64,000 bases of DNA, from assembly GCA_043228905.1 (NCBI GenBank), contig JBHGNT010000011.1, positions 12,152,001 to 12,216,000 on the forward strand, given 5' to 3'. The translations under genes and the position numbers were made by a program. Source of the stretch: Azolla caroliniana (lineage: Eukaryota; Plantae; Polypodiophyta). Below the pieces are notes generated by a model, which was not told the origin of the DNA, did no database searches, and saw nothing but the letters and a program-made list of their open reading frames with translations. Every line of letters begins with the position of its first letter. Position 1 is the stretch's first letter. Below are positions 12,868 to 26,139 of the stretch, piece by piece.

Positions 12868-13008
12868 ATTGATATCTTCAGTCACCATCGTGAGAGAAAG
12901 AGAAAGAGAAAGAGCATTCTCTCTTCCTCCTCTTCTTCCCTAATTCTTCTTCCCTAATTCTTCTTCTTCTTCTTCTTCTTCTTCTCTCTCTCTCTCTCTC
13001 TCTCTCTC
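12706..13008. repeat. Tandem duplication of a roughly 150-160 bp unit at the LINE B 5' end, each copy ending in (CTT)n(CT)n
   Basis: AATTGATATCTTCAGTCACCAT...CCCTAATTCTTCTT occurs at about 12706 and again at 12867. Confidence 0.9.
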
Positions 13009-14156
13009 ATTCTTTTGTATTTTCCTTTTTGTAACAATATCATCTCTAGTGCTATCAATTCTACTTTTGCAACTATCGGGCTACACCTCGACCCAATCTC
13101 TACAGCTATTTAAAGTTATCTACATAGACATTGCCACCCAATGAGGTAAGTGACAAAGAAGAAATAGGATCATCATGTGGGTGAAGAATGAGGCAAGAAA
13201 TGCTTCACAAAGAGGGTGCCAAACAAAGACATAGAATGGAGTCAAATGTTAGCAAAAAGTGGAGCAATTGTTGTGCCACACCAAGAGAAGGCATGTAGAG
13301 AGATAATAAAGACAACAACTGATTACCATTATCTAAACAATTGTTGATCTAAGATAAAGAAAGAGCTAAGTGGACTAACAATCAATTATCGTTAGCGGAA
13401 CAATTGTCACTCCAAATTGGGTTAGTAGTTGATGGCCATTAGCCGACTTATCCTTGTCCTAAGACAAGTTGAGTCACACCAACATTTGTTTTCGATCATT
13501 GAGCCAATATGAGCAAGAGCCAATGTCTTGACAAATCACCGATAGATAAACATGTGAACAGATATATGACTCAATGGTTGTGTATTGATAACCAACTCAA
13601 GAGTCGATGTTTAGGTCAAGGGATCACAAGTAATTGGGCATGAGCATAACAAGAAGAATAATGGGGACAATGAAGGAAATTTTGGGAGAAAAGAAAGAGT
13701 GAGATCAATGGATGTGTGATCAAGGTTGTTAGAAGATTCAACCTCTAAAAAGGTACGTATGTATAAACCAATCTTCAACAAAAACAATATGTTATTTTGT
13801 GGAAAAGATTAGTACTAATTATTGGAAAATGAGTGTTAAGATTCATACTAACATGTTTTCAATTGTGTTTGCTCATTTCAATAATCAAAATTATTGTTCA
13901 ACATTTTGTGTTCTCTTTGCAATGAAGTTTGAGGCTAGCCAAGTGGGAATTGGCCAAGTGAAGACAATATCATAGTTATTTATAAAGATAGATATTGACA
14001 TCCTTACGGCACTTGGATTGGGATGGGACAAAATGTCTCAGGTTTGAATTCAATAAATTAGTGGATCTTGCCTTGGTAATTGTGCAAAACGTTGATTTAG
14101 CGCCATATATCATGGCCTTTAAGACTATGCAAAACATGTTGCGTAAACATCCTAGA

Positions 14157-14732
14157 TATACTTTCTTATTCATGTGGCCTCATATTTTGGAATTGGTAGC
14201 AAATGAATGTGGAAAGGCTAGACATGAAATAATAATGAATGTCATATTTGGCAATCTTATATACTTTCTTATTCTTGTGGCCTCATATTTTGGAATTGGT
14301 AGCAAATGAATGTGGAAAAGTTGGACATGAAATTGTTGAGAATCGAACACAACTTCCCATAGGAATAGTGTTCACACTAGGCAGTGGACAACTTACTAGG
14401 ACATTTCTGTAATTAGTAGAAAGGGCATTTGCCCTGGACTAGTTGGTATTTAAACCAACCCTTTGTAACTTAGTCGTTGTTGGAGGTAATATATTGTTTT
14501 CTTGTGTAGAGCTCTCTCTCTCCCTCCCTCCCTCTCTTTCTCGTTGTTGCATCATGTGCACACACACTCACACACAAAGCTCCCTTCCACTGCATAGCAC
14601 CATCTACGCCTCTCATTCTTTACAGAAATAATGAATGTCATATTTGGCAATATTATATACTTTCTTATTGTTGTGGCCTCATATTTTGGAATTGGTAGAA
14701 AATGAATGTGGAAAGACCGGACATGAAATAAT
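14157..14732. repeat. Three-copy tandem repeat of about 100 bp, interrupted by a solo LTR
   Basis: TATACTTTCTTATT...GTGGCCTCATATTTTGGAATTGGTAG..AATGAATGTGGAAAG recurs at about 14157, 14260 and 14656. Confidence 0.85.
14334..14624 (+). mobile_element. Solo LTR (291 bp)
   Basis: TGT...ACA ends, 5-bp TSD GAAAT (14329-14333 and 14625-14629), TATA-like TATTTAAA at about 14447. It cleanly splits a tandem-repeat unit. Confidence 0.85.
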
Positions 14733-15279
14733 GAAAAATCAATACATTAAGTTCACACAAAGGACATCTATTGGAGGTTGATTGAAGCTAGAGATTGACA
14801 ATGGGTGAAGGTATTGTTTACATAGAACATTATCCAATACATAACATGTTTATGTCAAGTGTTGGACGTAGGCATGGCAATTTCATATTCCATTCCATGT
14901 CAAAGTGTTTCTTTGGCAAGCAATGATTAGCTACCTCATTGCCTTTGGTGTGACTTTAAGACACACACACACACACATATATTAGATGAGACATGTTTTT
15001 TCTATTCAATTATTAAAGAAGATGTTTTAGAAGTTATCTTTATTTCATTTAGTCTTGCAAACATTAGACCGTTTAACTTGCCATAAGATCTCCTTATTGT
15101 ATCAGGGACAATAAGTTTATTTTATATTGAAAAACGAGAGAGAGCATGTTTTACTATGCATGCATTCTATCTTGTCCCATGATTTCATAAATTGCTTAAA
15201 CACTAGTGATATATCATAAAGGACCACAATTGATGTGTGTGTTTAGTTTATTTGGTAGAAGAGACCTCTAGCTCCCCAT

Positions 15280-15840
15280 TAGCAATCTGCAACGATTTGC
15301 TTTGAACCGAACCGAACCGCCAAACCACGAGTTAATGCCTTAATGGTTTAAATGGTTCAATTCAAATTCGGGTTTTAGTAAACGGTTCAATTTGGGGGTT
15401 TAACAGTTCAATTCAATTCGGTTCCAACCTTATCGGTTTAACAATTTTCAGTATAAACAGTTTGAAACCGCATTTCAAACGGATTAAACGGTTTGATAGT
15501 TTAGGATTGACACTTGATCATTTTCTTAATTATTTTTTCGAACATTTTCTTAAATTTGAAAGATTTACAATTTTTAATTTTGACCTAGCTTGAAAACCAA
15601 AACCGAACCGCAAAATTGTGGTTTTAATGGTTTAAAGGTTTGAAGGTCTCTAAAACTGTTTGGTTTGAGTTTGAATTTTCTATAACAGTTAGGTTTAAAT
15701 GGTTTCGGTTTAAACGGTTTCGGGGTTCGGGGTTCGGGGTTCAGTTCAATTCAATTTTAGTTTCAATTGTTTTAACCGTTTCGGTTTAAACAGCTTGAAT
15801 TTGACACTCTCGAACCGAACCGAATTGTTACCAATTGCTA
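15280..15840. mobile_element. Non-autonomous hAT-type element (MITE)
   Basis: Imperfect TIRs TAGCAATCTGCAACGATT and TAGCAATTGGTAACAATT, 8-bp TSD CTCCCCAT/TTCCCCAT, dense AACCG/CGGTT subterminal motifs. Confidence 0.8.
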
Positions 15841-16931
15841 TTCCCCATCATGTATCCATTCCTCAGGGTTTCCCACGTGTAATATAACGTATCACAAAAA
15901 CAAGTGTGTGCTTGACCATTGTCAATGTTTGAAAATCAACTTTGGGTTGCAAATTTGAAGGTTTTATTGACAATATGAGTGCTCAAAAATCACATTCCAA
16001 TTGTAAAGAGGAAAGTTACAAATGCCTCCAACTTTTGAAATAATTCTAGAAGAAAGCCTTCAAATTTCTAATAATTTTCTTCTTCCGACAAATGTCCAAA
16101 ATACAAATGCAGCACTCAAAGTTGTGTGCATTTGTTGTGGTAAAGAATCAATAGGATAAAAACATCATGCAAATCATGAAAAGACAAATACATGATGTCG
16201 TGAACCCTTTGTCTCTTTATAATGTTTTGTTTTCATGAGAATTTGCAAACAAATATAGATCACGAGATCTCCTGGATCAAACATGTCTTTTTTCTCATTT
16301 GTTTTCCGTTTTATCATTTTTTTACTATAAGTTCATCACTATCATACATAAGAAGAAGAAGAAGAATACACATGAGCACTCCAATTCAACCCCATTATCC
16401 TATTGAATGTACTTATAATTTGCAAGTTTCTAACTTACATCATTGGGTTGTCTCTGTACATGTCGATAAGAGAATTAACGTTGATCATTCAACTCAAACT
16501 TAAATTATCACATCATCAATATATTAACTATATATTAAGACGATATATGGCCAAATGCTTAAGGCTAATAATATTCCAAATAGTCCCAAAGAAAATGCTA
16601 CATGAGTTTGGATTTTCATGAAAAAGCATCATGTGTTGAAGCACATTCTAAAAGTATCAACCTTGTGTATCACTTTAAACTTACTCACAAGTTATTGCTT
16701 AAGATTCCAAGTAGTAATTCGTGAAGTCATGCATTGGTTTGCTTCTTAATTCCAAATGATATGACAAAAAGGCACAAGTTAGTGGAATATGGAAGATGCA
16801 TATAGTATTTGAGGGGCACAACAAGAGAGGGGGGAAACCATTACATCATGGGTTTGATCTAGTGGCATGGAAGAAGATAATATGTAATACTTTATAGTGT
16901 ATGCCTAAGAGAGTGAGAGAGGGAGTGAGAG

Positions 16932-17243
16932 TAGGGATCGGCAACGGTTCGGTTTAGGCTTAGCCGGTTTGACCTTATCCAAGCCAAACCGGTTAAGCCT
17001 AAAACCATTTAGGGGTTTTCAAACCTAAACCAAACCAATCCCTAAACCGGTTTGGGAGAAAACAACAATACTATTACAATGAATATTCAACTTCATACCA
17101 TAATTTTATTACAATTAAATCACTTAAACGGCTTAGCCGGATTGGGAGGCTCAAACCGTTAAGGCAGGCGCAAGCCTAAGCCGAGCCGCTAAGCCGGTTT
17201 AGCCAAATGGTTTAGGCTTGAGCCGAGCCGTTGCCAATCCCTA
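16932..17243. mobile_element. Non-autonomous hAT-type MITE (312 bp)
   Basis: TIRs TAGGGATCGGCAACGG and TAGGGATTGGCAACGG, 8-bp TSD AGTGAGAG/AGAGAGAG, AACCG/AGCCG subterminal repeats. Confidence 0.85.
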
Positions 17244-20200
17244 AGAGAGAGAGAGAGAGAGATTGGAATTTGGTTCAACATAGTTCTACCCTCCTCGTGG
17301 TTACCAAGCCTTACAAATGGTATTTCACAAAATGTAGATAAAAGCATCTAAACATTGTATGTAGCATAAGGAGCGTTCAGTTTTAATTCATTTAAACGAG
17401 TCATTGAAATTGCACAGTTAATTCAAGCACCTTTGATTGTATTATATAACTAATGAATAATGAAACCATTACATAAAAAGAGATACGTTAATGTGTGCCT
17501 ATAGCCACACTGTGTGTGCACATACTTTTAGGTATCACATCAAATACCACTTAACATGTGATTTGGCAAATTATAGTTTCATCATGTCAAGTGGATGATG
17601 GAGATTTGACTTAAAAAAGTGTGTCATGTGAGTGTATTGATTTGAATGGCAACATCTTTGAAACTAGCAACCAGGCTGAAGTTTTTTAAGATAAATGTAT
17701 ATTCAACATGTCATGCTAAGAGACGTGCATACTTGAGAGTTGAAATCTTCTCGTATTGGATGTGTCTCCTCTTACGCAAAACATATTGAAACACTAGAGA
17801 TAGGAAAATGGGAAGAAGAATGCATACAACTCTTTAAGAAAGTTTGTGAAGTCTCTAAATGAGAATATCGTAAATCATGAAACATGAAATGTGCAAGAAA
17901 TTGAATCTTCTTGGAATGTTAACAATAATAATAAATGTCTTCAGACAGGGTGTAAGAATGAAACATGACTATCTTTACATCATTGGTTTATAAGTTGACT
18001 TTGTGGAGTAGTGGCAACAATGCTTTGATTCTATCAGTTGCACATTAATCCTTTTCGACATTCCTCAATAACAATCGACAAAATTTGTTTTTGTTGCCAG
18101 TATTCCTTCACCTAGTTCCTCATTGAAATCAAGAAGATTATTCCTCTATTTTGTTTTCGATATTCAACGCCTAACTCCATTCTTAACAAGTATCTCATGT
18201 ATTATGCATATGACATAAGCACAACACTTTGCATTCAGCTTTTTCCATTTCTCTGCCAACGAATGACCAAACCTTTTGATTAATTTGTCACAACATAAAT
18301 GCCAAGCTATGGGAGATAGTCTCACCTCCATTTAGAACTTAATGATGTGATATTATGTATTGCTTTATCCTTTAGCGAATATAATGTTATTACAATATCA
18401 ACATCTTATGGGGGAAGTTTTATGAGTATTACTCATGAATGCTTCTTCATGAAGTAAGTAACTCACTTCGTTTTTTTTTTGTGAGAAACAATCTTACCTC
18501 TTGATGAATTATATAATTGTACTCCACTCTTATGTCTAGTGAGATGAAAAAGACTTATGATTCCATCTAGTTGTAATATCACCTCAAATTTGTCACTTTG
18601 TTCCATGTATTTTGCCATTGGGGATTTGGATGTGGGAAAAACTTATGATGATTGGCTTTCAACATGAACTATAGAGATATAGTGCCAATATAACACTCCG
18701 ACATGTGTTTGTTATGGGGTAAGGAACCCATTTTTATCTCATCTTTTTACTTCTTTGAAGCAAGGCTAACAAATTTACTCAACATGGACATCATTCAGAT
18801 ATCCATACAATCATGATTTTCCTAAGATGGAAATGATGCAATGCAATGGTCTCATTTCAAGCATAGTGTTAATGTTCATGATCTCAAACCGAAAAATGAA
18901 GATTCCATTTAAATGCATTAAATTGCACAGGCTTTTTTTGAGATGTTAAAAGCCGAATTTTCTTGTCGAAAATTCTGTGTGAATCATCTCAAACTAAAAA
19001 ATATGAAATTTTCATTGCAATGTCACCCCCATTGGTAGAGATGTGAATTGATCATCTTAGGTTGCAAAGCACACATTTTACCACCAAAGCAAGAGGTTTG
19101 TCTATCCACATATTCTATCACCAAACCACGATGTCTATCCACTTAAATTATGTAATCAAAATTGCATGGATCAATTGAAATTTGAGAACATGATACCTCA
19201 TGTTGCCAATATTTAACTAATGTTGACTTGGATATTTAATTACTTTCTTCTGGTCTCGATGAATGCGCTTCTTCGAATACAAATATTACTTAATCTTAAA
19301 TATATTCATTTCTATTCTAATGAGATATAAACACATGTGCGTTTGTAATCAAGTCCATGTTTACAAATTCTTATGTTATATAATGAGAACTCTTCTTGTT
19401 CTCGACACTGTAAGACATTGTCCAGTTGTGTAAAAGTTAAGGGCAAAGTGGCATATGCACAGCTTGTCTCATTGTTGTTGTTCAAGAGTATCAATTGGTG
19501 TTAAAATGGCTATAGTTGTGTTAATCATTAGATCCATGCATTGATGTTTAGTTTTTTTCGAACAAACCTATGACTTGGTGATTCAACTTAGTGATAATGT
19601 ATTCCATTTTCCCTTCCTTTCCAAAACCCTGTACAGTAAGTACTAAACTTTACGTAGAGCAAAAGAAACTATAATTACTTTTGTATTCGCGTGAATTGTA
19701 CACCTCTTGAGATATTTTGTATTTTCTCCAACTAAACAATTGTGGTCGATTTGAAAAGCTACAAGTGGTAATGGCATTTTCATTTCATCATGTGTCCTAG
19801 TAATCTTGAAACACAAAATTTAAAGTCCATTTTCGTGTATTGAGGCTTCATATGGTTTATGTTATCGGGTCAAAACAATATTTGTAGAGTAGGCAAATTT
19901 GACTTATTTTATTTGAACTCATATAACATTAAAGAATGTCTAAGAATCTAGGTTGAGCATTAAATTGCAAACATTAATGTGGATTAAAATTGTGAACTGA
20001 GTGTGTACATACATGTTGGGGATTCCTACATGTAGCCTTAAAAGGAAAAAGAAGTTCTATTACATGATGTGGCCATTCTAACCTCTCACTTTTTTCGCGA
20101 ACTTTGAGGTCATCACTTATCGATTCCATCAAGTTGTTTTAATTATTTCAATGAAAAGTGTCGAGAAGATGAACGTGATGCCCATTTTACGCACCATCAT

Positions 20201-21228
20201 CTCAATCCTTCAAATATTTCTCTTTTCAAAATTGAAACAATATTGTCAAAAAACCATAAGACATACATACACCACACCTTATCTACAAAGGCTTAAGTTG
20301 TTCGCCTTGTCTTTTATTAGGCAACAACATCGTTGTCATCCCTTGGGTCGTGGAAAGTGAATGTAGAAAGCGGTTTTTTCAGGAGACAAAAGTGTTAGTT
20401 AATTATTGTGGTGCAATGATGTGAAAGTAAAAACTAGGAATTTTAGCATTAAAAAGAAATTCCCTATGGTAAAACTAAAATATTTCAATTTGAACCCACA
20501 ACCTCAACTCAAGGCTATAAAACTCAAGAGTTACCAACAGACTAAGGATTATGACAATCTACACATTTTAACAATGAATAAAGAACATCTTATTTTGGAC
20601 TACCTATATTCGATTTTCAGCCACCAAGTGTGAAACATGTTTATTCTCTCTAGGTTTGGTGGACTGACAAGTCTAAACTAGTATGCTAATTTTCTTAGTT
20701 TATACGGCCAAACAATCTTGAATAAGTGTTGGTTCTCTAGATATTAAACAAGCACCACGTGTGATGATGTGTATCAATTCTCTCTTTGCATTGGATGTGG
20801 CCAACACATGTGGAAACTAACTACTCTCTTTAAAAGCGAAAAATTGAGCAAGAGGTTGTTCTCTCGATATCATAGAAGCATCACAAGTGGCAATGGTGTG
20901 TCTTAAGTCATAAAATGAACAGAACCCAAGTATGATTCTCTCGCCATGGGGTACACTTGCCTCATAGATCACAATCATCCTCCATGGACATTAAAAAGCG
21001 TGCAAGCACTTGCGCGCACACACAGGGCCAATTTTGGCCTTAGAAGATGTTAATATATCTTTCTTTCTTTCTCTCTCTCTCTCTCTTGGTGAAAACACAC
21101 AATTATATTAATAAATGTATGTAAAAAACATTACTTATAATGGGTGGCACAATGAAGTATGGTCACCAACTAACTACATAGGTTGTGGAACATGTTGAAT
21201 TGGCAATAGGCAAGACGAACACTCTGCA

Positions 21229-21283
<55 letters not shown>

Positions 21284-22102
21284 GTATATGTATATATCAT
21301 ATGTGACCATCAAGTGCGAAAAAGAACAATGTTTTCCCTTGTCCATCAGGCGAGCAAGTGTGAAGCCAAAGCATAGGCCAAGAACTCTTTGACTCCTAAT
21401 ATGAAGGATGTTAAAAATGAAGGGCTTTCAATTTAACACCTTGGGGGAGGCCTTGTATGATGGTTTTCGACTTCCCAAGTCAGAATTTCAAAGAAAGGAA
21501 AGAAAAAGGGGAGGCCCATCATGTTGGAGTACAAAAGATTGAACTATGTACATTGTAAACTAATACCAATGTAAACTACTACTATTACTACTACTACTAC
21601 TACTACTACTAAACATATACCTATACATATAAATATCTATCAACACTTTTTTAAGTTGTAACATATCTCCTACTACCACCACTAACCTACCTTCACTTCA
21701 CCACTAATCACACACTAATCACACACTAATCACCTCCACTTTAACCACTACACTACACTACTCCGGCTCGCCCACTAATTCCACCTCCATTTCACCCACT
21801 AATTGCACGCTAATCCGGGCTGCATTTCATTTCACCCGCTAATCGCGCACTAATCCGGCTGCATTTCAACCACTTATCACAACCTTATCCACCTCTACTT
21901 CCGACAACTAATCACACACTAAAATCCTATGAACCCCACTCTAATCCACCTCAAATTCATCACCAATCCATCTCTATGTCATCATTAATCCCAACCTAAT
22001 CCACTTCCATTCCATCATCAGTCTACTAATCCCACTCTGATTTTCATTATTGATCTACTAATCCCACTCTTCATCAATCCATAGCATTCTTTTGAGCAAA
22101 CC

Positions 22103-25100
22103 ATGAGGTGCATGGAAGGAGCAGAGCAAGATGTGGCTTCTTCCTCTTTTTCTTCCTCTTCCTCTTCCTCTTCTTCTTCCCCATCTCTGAAATTAGACAA
22201 CTCTCTCAAATCTCTCTTGTCTACCAAACAATCTAACAATACTTCATCATCTCCTCCTCCTCATAAACTAGTAAACAGAAAATTGGGTTTAAGTTTAGGG
22301 TTAGGGTTGGGATTAGGGTTAGGGCTAGGATTAGGGTGCGAAAGCAGAGCTACGGATGTTCAGAGAAAATCCCTAAAACATGGAAATCTTATAAGTCTAA
22401 CACAAATCAGAAGCATTTCTTCTTCTTCTTCTTCTTCTACGACTTCTTCATTTTCGTCCTCTGCTTCGGCTTCTGCTTCTGCTTCTTCTTCCACCTCCTC
22501 CTCTTCTTCTTCTTCACTCTTTCCTTTACCCCTGCCTCCTGGGTATAAACCCATCCAAAACCCTAACCCTAATTGCAGATCTAGACTGATCCCTAACCAT
22601 ACCACTAATTCTGGAAGCTCCGAGAGACCACCCATTGTTTCCTCATCTTTCCCAGATTTATGCTTCTCCACGTCTTCATCGTCCTCAGCATCATCTTATA
22701 ACTCCGACATATCTGTAATATCTTCATCTCATTCAGGAGCAGGAGGAGAGCAGGACATGGTCAATAAGATCAACATGCTGAGTATGGGATCTTCTTCCTC
22801 AGCGCCCATGGAATTCTCTCCCCATTTCCTGGCACAAGCATGTGGGAATTTCAGAGCCTCCCACAGGCTGAGGAATGGGGCCATGGGGCCTCTCTACAGG
22901 GGCTCCTTCCCCACCACCACAACACCTTCTTCTTCTTCTTCTTCAGCTCTCAACACAACAGTTGTGGTGAGGGTGGTCATTGAAAGGATAGAGATCACCA
23001 TGGTTAGTTCCTCTTCTCTCATACATACATACATTCATTACATACATTCATTCATTCATTCATTACATACATACATACATTCATTCATTACATACATACA
23101 TTCATTCATTCATTACATACATACAATACATACAATTTGCAAACAAAGCTTTGGAATGCCCATCCCACTCCTCCACATCTTGCCAACCAACAACATCCAA
23201 GAGTGAGAGTGTCTGTCGTCGGATGCGATGCATCTCGCACTCGCTCTCGTGATTGCTTGGCTTGGCATTGGGTTTCGGATTGCCATCACACCTCACACAT
23301 TGGCCTACCAACATCCGTCCTGTTGGATCCCGATGCATCCCCACTCGGCCTCGTGATCGCCTGCATGGGCTTTGTCCCAAGCTTGGCAACCCCTCCTTCG
23401 GCACCCAGTGTTAGTCTCATTGTTCTTGTTCTTGTATGCAACATAACACTCTAGCTTGGAACTTTACACCCACAAAGGTGTGATGGGGAAGTATGTGGGT
23501 TATTAGCAGCACATGATACAATCCCTTGCCCCTCTGAGGTAGGTATGCACGTTCCATTATAGAATTGCATTGGATAAAGTGGAAGTGCTCGTCACTCCAT
23601 GCTCCATGTGAAATGAGAATTCTCGTGTTATTGTGACACCAATAGGTGTGGTGCACGAGAGTAATTATGACATGGTGGAAAAATCACTATAAATGCAAAG
23701 AGAGATGCCTTCAACTTGGGAATGGCCATAAGCACTCTAGAGACAATCCAGATTGTGTCTTTTTAATCTTATAGGTGGCAAGGACCTAATAATACTAGGT
23801 AAGATAATATTGGTAGCATTCTTCTAAATGTCAGTTAATGATTTATTTGCAAATCCTAACTATGTGTTCGGTTTGTTTGTTTACTAACGTCAAACTCTAT
23901 TGCATATGTTGTTGGCTATTGGATATAGCCTTTATCATCAAGCTACTTTTTCATTTCACTACTCAACGTTTTTCATCATTTCGATACTCTTGTTTCATGT
24001 TTTAAATCAAGCTTGTTTATTATCTTGTTTGGGCAATTTCAGATTCGCAAGCGATGGAAGGCTCAAATGCTATCTCTAGCAAGTATGACTCATACTAACT
24101 TGTGCAAAATAATAGGTTTCTCTTATGAGAGAGAGACAAAGGAGAAAGGAGAGTGTCTTCAACAATGCAAAGGCATTGGCTTCATAGTTTGGGACGATCC
24201 CCAAAATGGAAACCTCTACGAATTGTTGCACAATGGCATTTATCCCCATATAGATTGGCCCACAAGACTCAAGATTGCCATTGGCATCGCAGAGGGCGTC
24301 TCATTCTTGCTTGAAAATATGCCAAATCAGGTATTATATCCTATGCTTGTTTAACATAGTCTAGAGGAAGGGTTTGATCATAGTGAAACAAAAAAAAGTA
24401 ACCCTTGCATTTAGCGTTAACTGTGATTGAAAAGGTTGACCCGATTATGTTTCCATCCTTTCACATGCATGCATTTTATCACATAAAGATTCCATGTGAC
24501 TACCATTACCTTCTGTTTGTATCATATTTGGTATTCGTACACCAAATTGTCACGAGAATCTTGCTTGATCATTGTTGAACAATGTTAGTACAAAGATATT
24601 GATATTTGTAAAATCTAACTTTCGTGGGAATTCCAAAGGCTTGACACATTACTTTTGTAGTTTGTTATGTGCTGAATACATTGGTAAAAACAAAGTGTAA
24701 TTTAAAGTAACATTGATTCTTATTTAGATTACTCAAATTTAATTTATGGAAAGCCGACATTTTTAACGTATAGATCCAAATATATATAAACAAATTATCT
24801 TCACGTGTCAATGCGATCACGTAAACTATATTATGAATATTTTAGTTTTGCGTGTACAACACCAAAGGAAGAAAATGAGACAAACCATTATAATAAAATT
24901 GAGACTCAACAATGTCTTCTTGAAAATTGAGGGGGCAGCAATATAAGACTAGACAAAAGTTACCATAGGTCCAACAACAAACATTATGGAATGCTAAATA
25001 GGCATGTTTGATGGACCCACTCAGCTTTAAGAAACAACATAAGTTTCATAGTATGCATGTATAGTTTGAATGGCTAAATGATAAATTTCATGTTATATTT

Positions 25101-26139
25101 ACAAAATCCTACATACAGTAGTTTTTTTCAATCTTATAATGGGCCATGTCACATAGAATAGGAACAATTTGTATGCATAATGAAAATGTCATGTATAGTG
25201 TGAAGGTGACATAATTTACCTTGGTGAATAGATTTTGGTGAAATTGAAGATGAGAAACATAAAGCTAGATGCGTCTTTCAACCCAAAGATATTCGACTTT
25301 GTAAGTTTGATTGGTACCACTTCGACAATAAAGGTAAGTGGAGATTTTTATCCCAAGCAATTCTATAAAGATAGATAAATAGATACAAGCAACACATGCT
25401 TTGTTTAACCCATCTCAATTGGAAATGCTTGAAATGCATGCGTTACTCCATGTGTTTGACTTAAAGCATAATCTCATAACATTGGTTAACAATATCCAAA
25501 CAATGTTCACCACAATTGCTTGAACTCAATCTACATCCAACTCAAGTGAGTCAACCTTTGCAAATTTTAAAAGGCAATATCACAATGCTAGTTTTTCTAA
25601 ATGATTATCAATTATGAAACAATGTCTAGATTAGCATGCTATTGAATTTAGTGAATCTAACTAAACTTTGCCACCAATATTGAGTATTGTTGTAATTAAT
25701 GTCAGAGATAATGTCATTGTCAAGTCCATAACATTAAATAAAAGTAACAACAAAACAAAATTAGATTAGATTCAAATCAATTACATCTAAAATTCGAGCC
25801 ATTTTGTGACAACAGGGTGGTGATATGGTACGAGACTTCGGGATTATGTTGCTTGAATTGTTTAATTTTAGTTGCTATCCACAAGTAGAGGTGCCACATT
25901 CGGAGGAAAGAACACAAATAAGCATAGATTCCAAGGTAAATGATGCTAAGGTGGTGATAGATTTGGCTGCGAGTTGTTTGCTTCCTCATCCATCTCTAAG
26001 GCCTTCCATGCAATACGTGGCTCATGCTCTTCGTAGCCTCTATCAGCCGCGACGACTGTTTAGCCTTCCCACCTCCAAATTACAAATCTCTTCTAAATCT
26101 ACCTCTATCATGAAACAACGGTGTCATAGCTTTGGCTAA
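22103..26139 (+). CDS. Receptor-like cytoplasmic kinase-fold protein, probable pseudokinase. Exons 22103-23002, 24043-24330, 25232-25333, 25816-26139
   Basis: GT-AG junctions, all phase 0, keep one open frame. RLK/Pelle-like motifs: FSPHFLAQACGNF, HTNLCKIIGF, GNLYELLH, IDWPTRLKIAIGIAEGVSFL, NIKLDASFNPKIFDF, DFGIMLLEL, LAASCL..HPSLRPSM. Ser-rich N-terminus, no transmembrane segment seen. Confidence 0.85.

Noticed and set aside
17300-20900. AT-rich stretch that may be an old DNA-transposon remnant
   Set aside because: I could not recover convincing motifs, termini or TSDs by eye.
22103-23206. 367-aa single ORF as a complete gene
   Set aside because: The part after 23002 is intronic (CATA/CATT)n microsatellite read-through. 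The kinase continues in downstream exons.
23140-23420. GC-richer island with short ORFs in kinase intron 1
   Set aside because: No recognisable domain or element ends. Probably an unclassified repeat fragment.
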